From: the human T2T-CHM13v2.0 reference genome, Homo sapiens
NCBI RefSeq assembly: GCF_009914755.1
Contig: NC_060927.1
DNA length: 64,000 bases
Strand: one strand, 5' to 3'
Positions 37,842 through 64,000 of the stretch are shown piece by piece; position 1 is the first letter of the stretch, and the number at the start of each line of letters is the position of its first letter. The notes under the pieces are model-generated. The model was given only the letters and a program-made list of their open reading frames with translations, did not search any database and had not been told where the DNA came from. The translations under genes were made by a program, and so were the position numbers.

Positions 37842-38597
37842 TCAATGGTAACACTTTGCATTTCATGAAGAAAACATCTCGCATTTGCAGCAGCATATGA
37901 ATCTTAGTCAAAAATAGAGAGCTGCATGAAATTTGGCAACGGAAAAGTATATTTGGGGTTGTGAGCAAATGGTAAGCCCAAATTATGAATCCATTTCAGC
38001 TTGTAACAGTGAGAACAAGGGTGGACCACATGTTACTGCCTCAGAGCACCAAGATCCTGGGAGCCTCATACCATGACATCCCATCTCACCCTAACCCCAT
38101 GGAGAAAAAGAAAACTTTTTTTTCCCTGATTGTGGGCTCCTAGGAATTTCTTTTTAAAGCCCTTTTGCTGGTAACCCATTGAAAGATTGTTTGGCAACTA
38201 AACCTTATGTTAATATCTATTGGCATTCTATTAAGCTCTAAAAAATTTCCCCTAACTTTATTAAGGTTTAATTTTAGACAACAAACTGTAACTATTTGAA
38301 GTGTAGGCATGTGATTTAGCAATTGAATACAATCACAGAACCACAATGAAACTACAGAACATTTCCATCATCCAAAAAGTTCCCTTGTTCCCATTTGGAA
38401 TCAGTCCCTTCACTAAACCCTGGGATCCAGGAAACCACCAATCTGCTTTCTGTCACTATAGTTTTTCTAGAATTTTATATAAATGAAATCATATAGTTTG
38501 TAGTCTTCTGTGTTTCTGTGTTTTTCTCTTAGCTTAAAGTGAATACAATGTAAAGTTGTTTTTAAAAGTGTGGTCACAACCCATTAGTGGATTTTAA

Positions 38598-44084
<5,487 letters not shown>

Positions 44085-44362
44085 AAAATCAATCTAGTGA
44101 TTTTAAAATAGAATACAAAATATCAAAACTCATATAATTAAGACAAGTACTGTTTAATGAAACATTTGTTTCAAATATATATGTATGTAAAAATAAACAT
44201 TTATGTGTACATACTAAGTCTCAATATAAAATGTATTTCTTACTGTGAATATGGTCAAAACAGCTTGAAAGCAACTGATTTAAAAGTTGTGTTTCTCTTG
44301 CCTTCTAAAACATAAATTAAACACTGTTACGTCTCTTCCATTAGAAGCAAATCTTAACCTAC

Positions 44363-44444
44363 CTGCTCCAACATAATTTACAGCTTTAGCAGCTCTGACT
44401 GCAGCTTCTCCCAGCTTTTTTCTTACTTCAGATTTAATACCAGG
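44363..44444 (-). CDS. MCCC1: MCCC1 exon 9 (82 bp) [27 protein letters not shown]
   Basis: catag| acceptor, AG|gtaggt donor; frame continuous. Confidence 0.96.
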
Positions 44445-44515
44445 CTATGAAAAAAATATGTAAATAAATCTCCATTAGTAGCTTGCCTTACTAGAAATTC
44501 CATTAAAATTCAATT

Positions 44516-47276
<2,761 letters not shown>

Positions 47277-47322
47277 TTATATTTCTGTGTACCAAATTCT
47301 GCATTAAAAAGGATAAAAAGCT

Positions 47323-51520
<4,198 letters not shown>

Positions 51521-51649
51521 AATTTATCTTCTTGATATATCATCTTTTCTGAATGTTCCCATTTTGAATTTTCCAACCTGTCCAATACATTCTCTTAATA
51601 AAATTCTTGGAGCTGATTTTTTCTTTTTAGTTTTCTTGCCTTGTTGACT

Positions 51650-52430
51650 TTTCCTCTTTATCCACAAGCTATATAATCACCAAATACGTTATTGCCATTA
51701 TTTTAAACAAACTGTTATCTGTTAAATCAATTCAAAATAGGAAAATATTCCTATGTTAGGATAGGAAAATATTTTACTTCTACCTATTCCTTCTCTAATT
51801 CTTTTCTATTATGTAGATCCAAGTTTCTGACCTAAAACATTTTATTTCACTCTAAAGAACATCTACTAATATGACCTGCAAGACAGGTCTACTGGTGACA
51901 AAGTCTCTTCATTTCTGTTTGTCTAAGAAAGTCTTTATTTCTCCTTCATACTTGAAGCATAATTTCACTGGATACAGAAGACTAGGTTAGTAGTTTTTCT
52001 CTGAACACTTTATATCTCACTCCACTCTCTTCTTGCATGGTTTCTGATAAGATTTCTTATTTTTATTCCTCTAGTATTTTCCTTCCTTGTGGCTTCTTTC
52101 AGTATTTTCTATTTGTCTTTCTTTTCCTGCATTTGAAGATGATGTGCATAGATGTATATATTTTGGTATTTATTCTTCTTGGTGTCCTCTGAGTTTCCTG
52201 GTTCTGTAGTTTTGCATCTGTCAACAACTTCGGAAAATTCTTGGCCATTACTACTTCAAATATCTCTCCTGCTGCTTTCTAATTCTTGTGGTATTCAAAT
52301 AACGTGTTACATCCTTTTAAATTGTCCCACAGTTCTTGGATATTCTGTTCTCTCTTTTTTCTTTCATTTTTATTTCTCCTTGCATTTCCGTTTGGGAAAG
52401 TTCTATTTATCTATGTTCAGGATCACTGAT
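51650..52430 (-). mobile_element. Old L1M fragment (a further piece at about 53350-54030)
   Basis: T-rich antisense L1M-like sequence. Confidence 0.55.
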
Positions 52431-52778
52431 TTTTGTTGTTGTTGTTGTTCACAAATTTGTATTTATTTGTCCCATCATAGTTGTACGAAATCTTTGTGGC
52501 CTTGCATAATCCACAATGGAAAGTTGAGGTCTGAGTGGCACATTCTAAACCTTACCTTTTACATAACAAAATTATAGGAAAAAGAGATACTTAAGAACAG
52601 AGGGGTAGATAAGTGAAATAATTACAGTATCTTCTTATTGCTAAGTATAGGAAGCAGACAGAACAAACGTGAGAAGAAAGCTATTGACATAACACAAATC
52701 AGCTATTTTGCTATATGACTGAAATCCTTTTCATTGTTTTTTCCATGTTTTCCAATATGTTTGCAAATACACTTATAG

Positions 52779-53123
52779 TTTTTTTTTATTATACTTTAAT
52801 TTCTAGGGTACATGTGCACAACGTGCAGGTTTGTTACATATGTATACATGCGCCATGTTGGTGTGCTGCACCCATTAACTCGTCATTTACATTAGGTATA
52901 TCTCCTAATGCTGTCCTTCCCCGCTCCCCCAACCCCACGACAGGCCCCGGTGTGTGATGTTCCCCTTCCTGTGTCCAAGTGTTCTCATTGTTCAATTCCC
53001 ACCTATGAGTGAGAACATGCGGTGTTCCGTTTTTTGTCCTTGCGACAGTTTGCTGAGAATGATGGTTTCCAGCTTTATCCATGTCCCTACAAAGGACATG
53101 AACTCATCCTTTTTTATGGCTGC
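52779..53123 (-). mobile_element. 5'-truncated L1PA 3' end
   Basis: TTATTATACTTTAA..CTAGGGTACATGTGCACAACGTGCAGG, canonical L1PA tail. Confidence 0.9.
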
Positions 53124-54047
53124 GAGCATCTATTAATATTACGTAGGAGGCTCCCAACTAGTGCTGGGTGTACAGAGGTGAGCAGAGACAAAGTGCCTGC
53201 GCTCACTGAAGCCAATTCCATTCATCAGGGCAGAGCACTCAGGACCTAATAACCTGCCAAAGGCCCCAACCTCTTAATACTTGGGGATAGCGGGTTAGGT
53301 TTCAACATGTAAATTTTGGAGGGATACAAATATTTAGACCATTGCAACATGATGGTAGGGTATGGGGGAGGGAAAGCATTCTATAAACTTGTGATTAAAT
53401 CTCAAGTCTTTTAGTGGTCCTGTGTTTGTGCTGCGAAGTATTTCTAAGTTGTTTTTTTTCCCCCTCCCCTTAGGTGAAATGGGAAGACTAAAGGGGGTTG
53501 TGGTTGGCTAACTACCTTCCCCCTGAACAAAAAAGGTTCTGGCAACATCTCCCTTGGAGTTAGGATTTCTTCTGTTAGGGAGAATAGAATGCTCTGGATC
53601 TCTTTCAAATTGGTTACTTTTCCCCTCCCACTGCTGTAAAACATGAGGGATTTTTTTTTCTTGGATTTTTACTGTGGGAACTTGGTGAGGTTCCTGGAGG
53701 CAAAACCCATGAAAGTGGGAGGTCCCTCTAAGACAGGGCCCCAAGGAGTTTCTCACTTGCACACTGGCCCACACTTAGCCTCAGCCATTTTTCAAAATTC
53801 CCATGCAAGTGTTAGGGCTCCAGCAGGTAAACTGATCTGGCTGTGACTCACTATACTTGCATGCTTGTCCAGATTTTAGAGTGAAGGCTTGCCCCATGGC
53901 CTCAATTCTCTGATGGTTCTAAAACCACTGACTTTCATTTTGTTTAGCCTTTTTCTTGCTTTTTGGATATGACTGATAACTTTCAAGCTCTTTACATGTT
54001 GGAGCTGAAGTGTTTGTTTTTCTAATTCCAATTGTAAAGTTCTACCA

Positions 54048-54408
54048 CGATATGGTTTGGCTGTGTCCACAAGCAAATTTCATCTTGAATTGTAGCTCCC
54101 ATAATCCCCATGTGTGGTGGGAGGGACCCGGCGGGAGGTAACTGAATCATGGGGGCAGGTTTTTCCCGTGCTGTTCTTGTGATAGTAAAGTCTCACGAGA
54201 TCTGATGGTCTTATAAAGAGCAGTTCCCCTGCACAGGCTCTCCTGCTTGCTGTCATGTAAGACACGCCTTTGCTTCTCCTTCACCTCCTGCCATGATTGT
54301 GAGGCCTCCCCAGCCATGTGGAACTGTGAGTCCATTAAACCTCTTTCCTTTATGAATTATCCAGTTGCAGGTATGTCTTTATTGACAGCATGAGAACAGA
54401 CTAACACA
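54048..54408. mobile_element. THE1 (MaLR) solo LTR
   Basis: GATATGGTTTGGCTGTGTCC...GAGAACAGACTAACACA; 5-bp TSD TACCA at 54043-54047 and 54409-54413. Confidence 0.9.
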
Positions 54409-54485
54409 TACCACTTCTGACTCTCCCTCATCTTTTAGGTGCTCCAGGTAAGAGGAAACACTACAGCAGGGATTCCAGGTTATGA

Positions 54486-55478
<993 letters not shown>

Positions 55479-55933
55479 CTATTTACATTTTTAATCCATC
55501 TAGAATATGTATTATATATGAACTGAGGAAGAAATCTGATTTCTGTTTTTTCTTCCAAAATAGTATACTTTAAAGGTGGTTTCTTATCCCAGTCTTTCAG
55601 ATACACTAAATAGTTTTGATAAGATTTGTGTAATATCTTGATATTGACTCTTCTCAGTTATCAGCACTATTTTGACAATCTTCTGGCACTCCATTAGTTC
55701 AACAGGTAATTATTTAGCAGGACATAAAGAATACACAGTATGATTATCAGGATATTTAAATGTTATTACTAGAGGCTGTTCTCTCTATGGAGTAGCCATT
55801 CTTTATTCCTTTACTTTCTTAATAAACTTGCTTTCACTTTACTGTATGAACTCGCCCTGAATTCTTTCTTGTGTGAGATCCAAGAATCCTCTCTTGGGGT
55901 CTGGATCAGGACCCCCGTCTGGTAACATCTTTC

Positions 55934-55952
55934 TGGTGACCACAGAAGGGAC
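55934..55952 (+). other. Retroviral primer-binding site, tRNA-Arg-like (TGGTGACCACAGAAGGGAC)
   Basis: Just after the LTR end ...GGTAACA; resembles the complement of the tRNA-Arg(TCG) 3' end as recalled. Confidence 0.65.
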
Positions 55953-56473
55953 AATACTAAGGAAATCCCGACCCAAAGCGGTGGGGTCTGGTAACGTCTT
56001 TCTGATGAACTACGGAAGGGACGATACTGCGGAGACCCTCCAACCCAAAGACTGCAGCACTGATTGGCCAACTTTGGGTAAGCGGGGTGCATACACCCGG
56101 GCAAAGGATAGGATTGGGTTACAGGCCCAACTTGGTGGAGTTAAAGTCTCTCCTAAGACAGAGTGGGTTAAAGACCCCTCTCAATAAAAGGCAAGGATGC
56201 TTGACTGAACTTGGGTTTGAAGCCCAACTTAGGAAGGTTAGATTCCTTCCTAAGATTTAGGGGCTCCTCTCAGTAAAATCCCTCTCGGCTAAGAATGGGT
56301 TTGGCACTATGGATGTTAACTGCTATTCTGTTTGAATTAATCTGCCTTGCACTCTTTGCTGACGGCGGTCGGTGATAGGATTAGGCATGTACAGGATGGT
56401 GGGACATGGGGAGCTTTTACCTCCCTAAAAGGAGAAACTTGAGAGCTGATGGGACTGCTAGAAAAGATCCCCC

Positions 56474-57005
56474 TTTTTTTTTAATTCCAAGTGATAACTC
56501 TGTATTCCCACAAGTGGTATATATCGTAAATATTAAAATGATCATTGTTTTTAGTTGGTAGACATCGACAAGTAGGAAAATTTGCGAGGTCCGAGAGGGA
56601 CTGCAGGAAACGCCTCCCTTCCTGGCTTCCCTCGCTCCAGGAGACGCTTGGTGGGCACCCAGGAAGCTCCGTAAAGGCTTCTGGGACGGGCAGAAGCCCC
56701 GCGCCCCTGCCTGCACCCCGCGCGCCTGCTCATGGCACGCCACCAGCACGGGCCAGGCGCACAAGTGCAGCACCAGCGGGCTGCGCGCCAGCTCCCCGGT
56801 TCGCCGGCTGCGGTACGCCTCCTGCGCGTTGCCGAAGTCCACTGCGGGCACCGGCGGCCACACTGCCTCGGCCGACCCACGTCCTGGCATGGCTGCTGGG
56901 CCCACGGCAGGCTGTTCGCGGGCAGCCGGCTCCGTGGACAGCAGGGCGAAGCGGGTAATGTAGGGGTGCAGCACCGGCAGGAGGCGCCTCAGAGCCATGG
57001 CGGGC
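56474..57005 (-). pseudogene. PRODH-derived retrocopy: first coding exon (91 codons, 56726-56998) + non-PRODH-coding downstream sequence + poly(A)
   Basis: Translation MALRRLLPVL...PPVPAVDFGNAQEAYRSRRTGELARS...CHEQ is colinear with the proline dehydrogenase N-terminus; T9 at 56474-56482; TSD AAAAGATCCC at 56462-56471 and 57006-57015. Confidence 0.9.
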
Positions 57006-58444
57006 AAAAGATCCCTTCTTAACTGACAAGTGGCCACCTGAACTTTTTATTTAGTGTCGGTTGCAATGGGCGGGTCTTTCTCTGGTCTCTCTGAGCACCT
57101 TGCTTTCCCCATCCTGCCACAAAGCAATGCTTTTCTCCCTTCCCTTCCCTTTCTCTCTCTGTGCAAACTGGTTGAATGAATGGCAAAAATCACTGTTTAT
57201 CTCCTCTGTAAAGTTTTGATTAATAAAAAAAGGATTTGTGAGGCTAGTCTTAAGCTGTAGTGAATCTGGTGTGCTTTGCATGTCTTTCTGAATTGTTCTG
57301 TCATAGAGATGGATACCTTAGGATAAAACACAGGCTTAGAACACCATAAGCCCACTGTTTAAGATGGCCCAGCAAACTAGTCAGTTATAAACTTTGCTGC
57401 AGGTCCCTGAAAAAAAAAAAACTGGATGAGGTTTCCCCTCTTGTCTTGTATGTCCTTGGGAGCTTGACCTTGTAACCATGTGGCCTAGCTTTGTCTTTTC
57501 ACAATGGTATCCCGGGTTCAGGATTCAGTTCCTGGCTTAGGGAATGAGTCCTTTTCTTCTGTTTGTCTGTGTATTTATATGTGTTGTGTGTGTGATATGA
57601 AAGAGCTTTGGTTAACTGGTTTAAAAATAAGTGCTTATATCAAATATTTTGTCGGAAAAGTAAAAAGTATAATGCCTTTAATTTATGTGATTTAAGTAAT
57701 CTTTGAGAAATTGAAACAATTCTACATGTAAGGTGTGTAAGGAAAGTGAAATGTGTTTTTTTTGTTTTGTTTTGTTTTGTTTTTGAAATGCGTTTTTGGT
57801 AAAAGATTATAAGAAGGCACAGGAATGTGGATTTTTTTTTGTCTAGATTAAAAAGTTAAAGGATTGTTTTAAGTTAAATAAGATAATGCTTAAGGTTTAA
57901 GCAAGTTGTGGAAGGTTTGTAAAAAATTAATCTTGTAAAAGAAATTCTGTGTGTGAACATATTGTCTAAAGTTAAAGGGGTATTCAGTTTTTCTGTAAAT
58001 TGAACATTGGAATAAAAGCACAACAGGTTCTTCTTAAGGCACTGATCTGCTCTTTAACAAAAATTTGTAAAGGGTTATAAAAGGTTTATGAGAACCTCAC
58101 CTTATGGTCAAACATTAAAATTGGGTAGATATGTCTATAAGGTTTTATTGAAAATTGGGTTTAACATTAATAGTACAGTTATGTAAAGGTGAAATTTGGC
58201 TTATTTGGCATAAGAGTCATACAGGAAGCAGTGTCAAATGTGAAATAGTGTTTAGCTTTCTTTGGGCTATATTTATATAAATATGTTGTTAGTATGTGTT
58301 CCAAAATAATGGGAAACTCCTATAATTCTGATATGACTTAGTGTACATTATCAGTATAATTATAACTGTTACATAAAACCATTGTATGCAACAGAGGTAA
58401 CCAAATTTCTTTGTCAATTGTGTTTTTAACTGTGGCTGCCCTAA

Positions 58445-58797
<353 letters not shown>

Positions 58798-60835
58798 CAA
58801 AAGGTGATTTATAATCAGCTATACAACTCTAATAGGTGTTCTTGAATGCAGGTTTCATTTAACTTTGGAGATTGTGACATTAGAAAAGGGAAAAAGAAAC
58901 TTTCAGGACTCTCATGGAAAGTTGAAATGTTCATGTATATCAAGCAAAACAGGAGTTAACTGTACAGACTAAACTAACAGAAGTCTGAAGTAATCTTTTT
59001 TGACTTTTTGCTTAAAACATTGCTGATCCTCTGTTTTGTTCTTCAGAGTAAAGGAAACTTTTCTTTTAAGCTATTGACAGCTTTTTAAACAATTAAGTAA
59101 TGTGCACACTCATAAACAAAATTTGGAGCATATTTGTTTCTCTCTATCTGATTTCTCCAGAATTTGGAAATTATTTGTGACTATCTTAACTTACGGCAAT
59201 ATAGTTATTTGCATAAATGCAATAAGAATCTGCTTTCTTTTGCAATGGGACACAACTGGAGAAACTGGTTATTTTACCAAGGCTTTGACTGGAATGGCAT
59301 GCTTTCCTTTAAGGAATCAAACTTGACTTGTAAAGCCAATAAAAGCCCCTGGGGAAAACTGGCCTCATTCCTTGTCTACACAGTCTCTATATAGGGTTCC
59401 TAACCTGTAGTAAGTAAAGAATGTCACTTTCTGAAAGACTCAGGAGCCCCAAGTTATCGTGAGACCTCAAGAGGAGAAAAATTTACCCAACTCATAGGTA
59501 TTTGAGGGTATAAACCCATGGCTGGGCTGGGCTTAAATACAAAAAAGGTCTTCTCTGACATTCCTTATGGAAGAGTTATATCAAAACCAATTTTAAAAGC
59601 CTGTATGGCAAATAATTATTCTTGCTGCACTTTGTACAAATAATCAGGCCATGTATAATAAAGCAAATCAGTCTTACCATGATTTGTCTTTAGTAAAAAT
59701 GGGAAACCGGAGAGAGAAAAATTATGTTTCAAGAACTATGGCACATTTGTTATTAAATTTTGGTCTCATCAGTTGTTTTTGAGATTTCCTACAATTTAGA
59801 CTAACCCTGCTTATTCCTGTGGACCAACCAGTGATCCCTGGATGCTGCTCAGAAGAAACAGGAGGGACTGGTAATGCAAATATCTGAATCAATATTCTAA
59901 TCCTGGGCATGTATTGGAATCACCTAGCAACCTCATATCGGCTTGGTTCCAACAGTTGCCCAGTTAGTGGAAAGCCTTCTAACTTAGTTAACTTGGGATA
60001 ATCTTGCTTACTTTGCTCTACTGTTGTGGAATATATTACTGTTATACTCTTTGTGTAGAAATGCAGGATAAGCTTACCAAATTTTTTTTTAAAAACACAT
60101 ATTAATCTTCCAGATATCACCTTTTGTCGGAACTCATGAGTTATGAGTGGCCCTCAACATACCGATGCTTTCTAACTAAGCTCCTCTCTCTATACTGAAC
60201 ACAAGAGATCCTAATAGTTAGGCAGGAATATCATCACCCCATTCAGCCTGAAGAAGTTACAGAAGATGGATCTTTGTCCCTCTGCAACCCTTAGGATTAA
60301 GCGTGCTCTTACAAAAGGGAAAAGGGAAATGTCAGAGGCATTTGAACCAGAGCAACTCCCATCTTGAATAGGAGCTGGGTAAAATAAGGCTAAGACCTGC
60401 TGGGCTGCATTCCCAGTAGCAAGTTAAGGCATTTTTAATCACAAGAAGAGATAGAAGGTCAGCAAAAGATACAGGTCATACGGACCTTGCAGATAAAACA
60501 GGTTGCAGTAAAGACGTTGGCTAAATCCCACTAAAACCAAGATGGTAACAACAGTGACCTCTGGTCGTCTTCACTGCTACACTCCCACCAGCACCATGAC
60601 AGTTTGCAAATGCCATGGCAACGTCAGGAAGTTACCCTATATGGTCTAAAAAGGGGAGGCAAGAATACTCCACCCCTTGTTTAGCATATCATCAAGAAAT
60701 AACCATAAAAATGGCAACCAGCAGCCCTTGGGGCTGCTCTGTCTATGGAGTAGCCATTCTTTATTCCTTTACTTTCTTAATAAACTTGCTTTCAATTAAA
60801 AAGAAGTTATTACTAGAAATACAGAATAGAAATAG

Positions 60836-61217
60836 AGTCACACAATGTGCCACACAATGACATTCCATCAATGCCAGACTGCATATAGGATGGTGATTTC
60901 ATAAGATTATGATAGAGCTGAAAAATTCCTATCATTTAGTGACATAATAGCACAATACATTACCTTTCCTATGTTTTGAGATGTTTAGATACACAAATAC
61001 TTACCATTGTGTTACAAATGCCTACAGTATTCAATACAGTAACGTTTGTACAGGTTTGTAGCTCAGGAGCAATAGGCTATACCATAGCTTAGGTGTGTAG
61101 TTGACTATACTATCTCAGTTTGTGTAAGGACACTCTATGATGTGTGCACAACAATGAAATTGCCTAACAATGCATTTCTCAGAATGTATCTCTGTCATTA
61201 AGCAACACATGACTGTA
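60836..61217. mobile_element. Tigger3a-like non-autonomous DNA transposon
   Basis: Same termini and internal motifs as the 44516-47276 element. Confidence 0.7.
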
Positions 61218-62648
61218 TATAAGAATATTAATAATAATTAGGAGAATACAATTATGGGTTGTTTTCCATCTTCTGCATTTTCCAAAAATTTGTAATGTAT
61301 TCATATTACTTCTATAGTTCAAAAAATATTACTGATGCCTATTACAAGGAAAGTAGTATGCCAGGCAATATATACAAAAAATAAAAATGTATATACTACC
61401 AGGTCTTTGATTCCCAGGGGCTTTCCAGCTATTGGGGGAATAAATTATAATGTGATGCAATGTATGGCTAACATTTCATAAGTAAAGAACTTACATATTC
61501 AAAAAATGCTGCAGGCATGGAGTTACATAATAACTCAAATAAGCTATTGATGTCTCTGAAATAAGTTACTGAAATAAGCTATTGATGTCTCCACAATTCT
61601 AACTTAAGAGCATGCTGATTTGGATGGCTAGCCTATTCTTTCTTGAAAGGAAGCCTTCAATGTACCTTAGAAATGCCCCCCCCTTTTTTTTTGCCTTAAT
61701 TGAATTTCATTTACTATGCCATGCTCAGGACAGTTGTTTTATAGGGCCTGAAACAAAAAACAATTTGGGGGTCTTCTCTAAGGAGAAGAATACAAAACTG
61801 CAAATACAAAATTAGGTCAGGGTCTTGGAAGAGATTAATGTCAAAGAAGGGCCTGAAGTTTCAAGTCTGTTACCTTCAAGGTAAATCTCTTTCCAGTCAT
61901 GGTTCCCAAATAAATTATTCTTTTCACTTGACTTACAGGTCACACACATATATATATAAAATTTAACAATTGTCATAAAAATCTATGAAATGAGAAACTT
62001 TATAATCAGCATCTTAAACAACAAACATGAAAATAAAATTCCAGAAAAAAAAATAGGGATTCACACTGCATTTGCTATAGTGGTACCCAGAGAAGTAGCT
62101 TAGTGCAGTGGCTTAGATATGAACTCTGGAGTCAAAGTGCCTGGGTTCAAATCTCAGCTTTACTACTTAACAGCTGAGTGACCTCAGAAAAGTAACACAA
62201 CACAACCATTCTGTTGCTTAGTGTCCTCACCTGTAAAATGAAAACAGTACTTACCTAATGAGGTTGTTGTAAGAATTATATTAGAATTAGAAGGACAGCA
62301 AGATTATTTAGCATGTGTAAAATATTTAAAATCTGGCACATGGTAAGTGCAATGTAAGTGTTAGCTCCTATTAACAGCATATCACTTGTAATTCAATTTA
62401 GAAAATTACTTCCATTTCCTGAGCATCTCAACTGAGAGTTCTATAAATATAGCTGAATTTATTACAATAATTTGCTAATATTGAAAAAAAACCCTAAATT
62501 TCATCAACAAGAAACATACTGAATGAATTAATGGTATATCAAGATCATAGAACCGCTAGGTCACCAACAAAAAGAATGAGGCTGATCTACAATTACTGAC
62601 ATGGAAAGATGTCTGTGATATAATATTAGTGTATAAGATTCTATTCAC

Positions 62649-62950
<302 letters not shown>

Positions 62951-63148
62951 TCACTGTTCTTAGGTATGTATTTTGTTTGCTGTATGTATATGTATATAGG
63001 TTTCTATTCACATAGAAAATGGCTGGAAGAATGCATACCATCCTACAATCAGTGGTTACATCACAGGACAGAACTGGGAAACTTGTAATAATATACTTAT
63101 ATACTACTACAGTTTTATATTTTATAGAATGTGCATGCATTATTTTTA

Positions 63149-63555
<407 letters not shown>

Positions 63556-64000
63556 TTAGAGTGGGAAAGAAAACAACATGCCCCAAATTCTACAAATTAT
63601 TTCATTCAAGACAAACATAAATATAGCCCAGTCTATAAATTACAATGGAACTCTTTAAAGAAAACATCGAGTCTGAGACGACAAAATAATACAAATTTAA
63701 TATGTCTATTAGTTAGTTTCCCTCATTTCATGTGGTAGCTCATCTCACCCTATTTTTTAATCCCAAAATACTAACATATTGATTAGAAACATTAAGTATT
63801 TTCTGTAACTCAATAGAATTTCTCTATGTCACAGATAAATAACTTATGCCTATGACAACAGAAGGGTAGAATTAAAATATTATAGGTAAAACAAACTATT
63901 TCTTTTTTTTTTTTTAAAGAGACAGGGTCTCACAATGTTGCCCATGCCAGAGTGCAGTGGTGCAATTATACCTCACTACAGCCTTAAACTTCTGAGCTCA

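Noticed and set aside
56720-56728. PRODH exon spliced onto MCCC1 as an alternative first exon
   Set aside because: The donor position reads CAG|GCGCGC, not a usable 5' splice site, and is phase 0 whereas exon 8 starts in phase 2.
56545-57029. Overlapping ORFs in other frames over the GC-rich insert
   Set aside because: Shadow ORFs of stop-poor GC-rich sequence; only the PRODH frame has recognisable homology.
57006-57037. Upstream start extending the PRODH ORF to 206 aa
   Set aside because: The start is a GTG in ERV sequence outside the insert; the Kozak ATG is at 56998.
61538-61591. AAATAAGCTATTGATGTCTC repeated twice (and a similar 23-bp doublet at about 48425-48470)
   Set aside because: Ordinary short slippage duplications.

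Overview
Primate (almost certainly human) genomic DNA containing the 3' part of MCCC1 (3-methylcrotonyl-CoA carboxylase alpha subunit) on the minus strand. Fourteen GT-AG coding exons (exons 6-19 by standard numbering) splice into one uninterrupted frame ending ...[11 protein letters not shown], with the biotin-acceptor AMKM motif in exon 18 and a Pro codon at residue 464. Introns are rich in Alu, L1, Tigger and MaLR elements. The most unusual structure is in intron 7: a MER41A endogenous retrovirus with the shape of an L1-mobilised RNA copy (R-U5-internal-U3-R, A-rich tail, long TSD). Nested in it is a poly(A)/TSD-flanked retrocopy of the first coding exon of PRODH plus apparent intron sequence, which keeps a strong Kozak ATG and an open 193-codon frame. 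Other notable items are a 62 x 33-bp VNTR with higher-order structure next to the weak-acceptor biotin exon, a candidate L1 3' transduction, two local non-tandem duplications and a trimeric Alu. Gene and repeat-family identities are recognised from memory, not from database searches; repeat boundaries are approximate.
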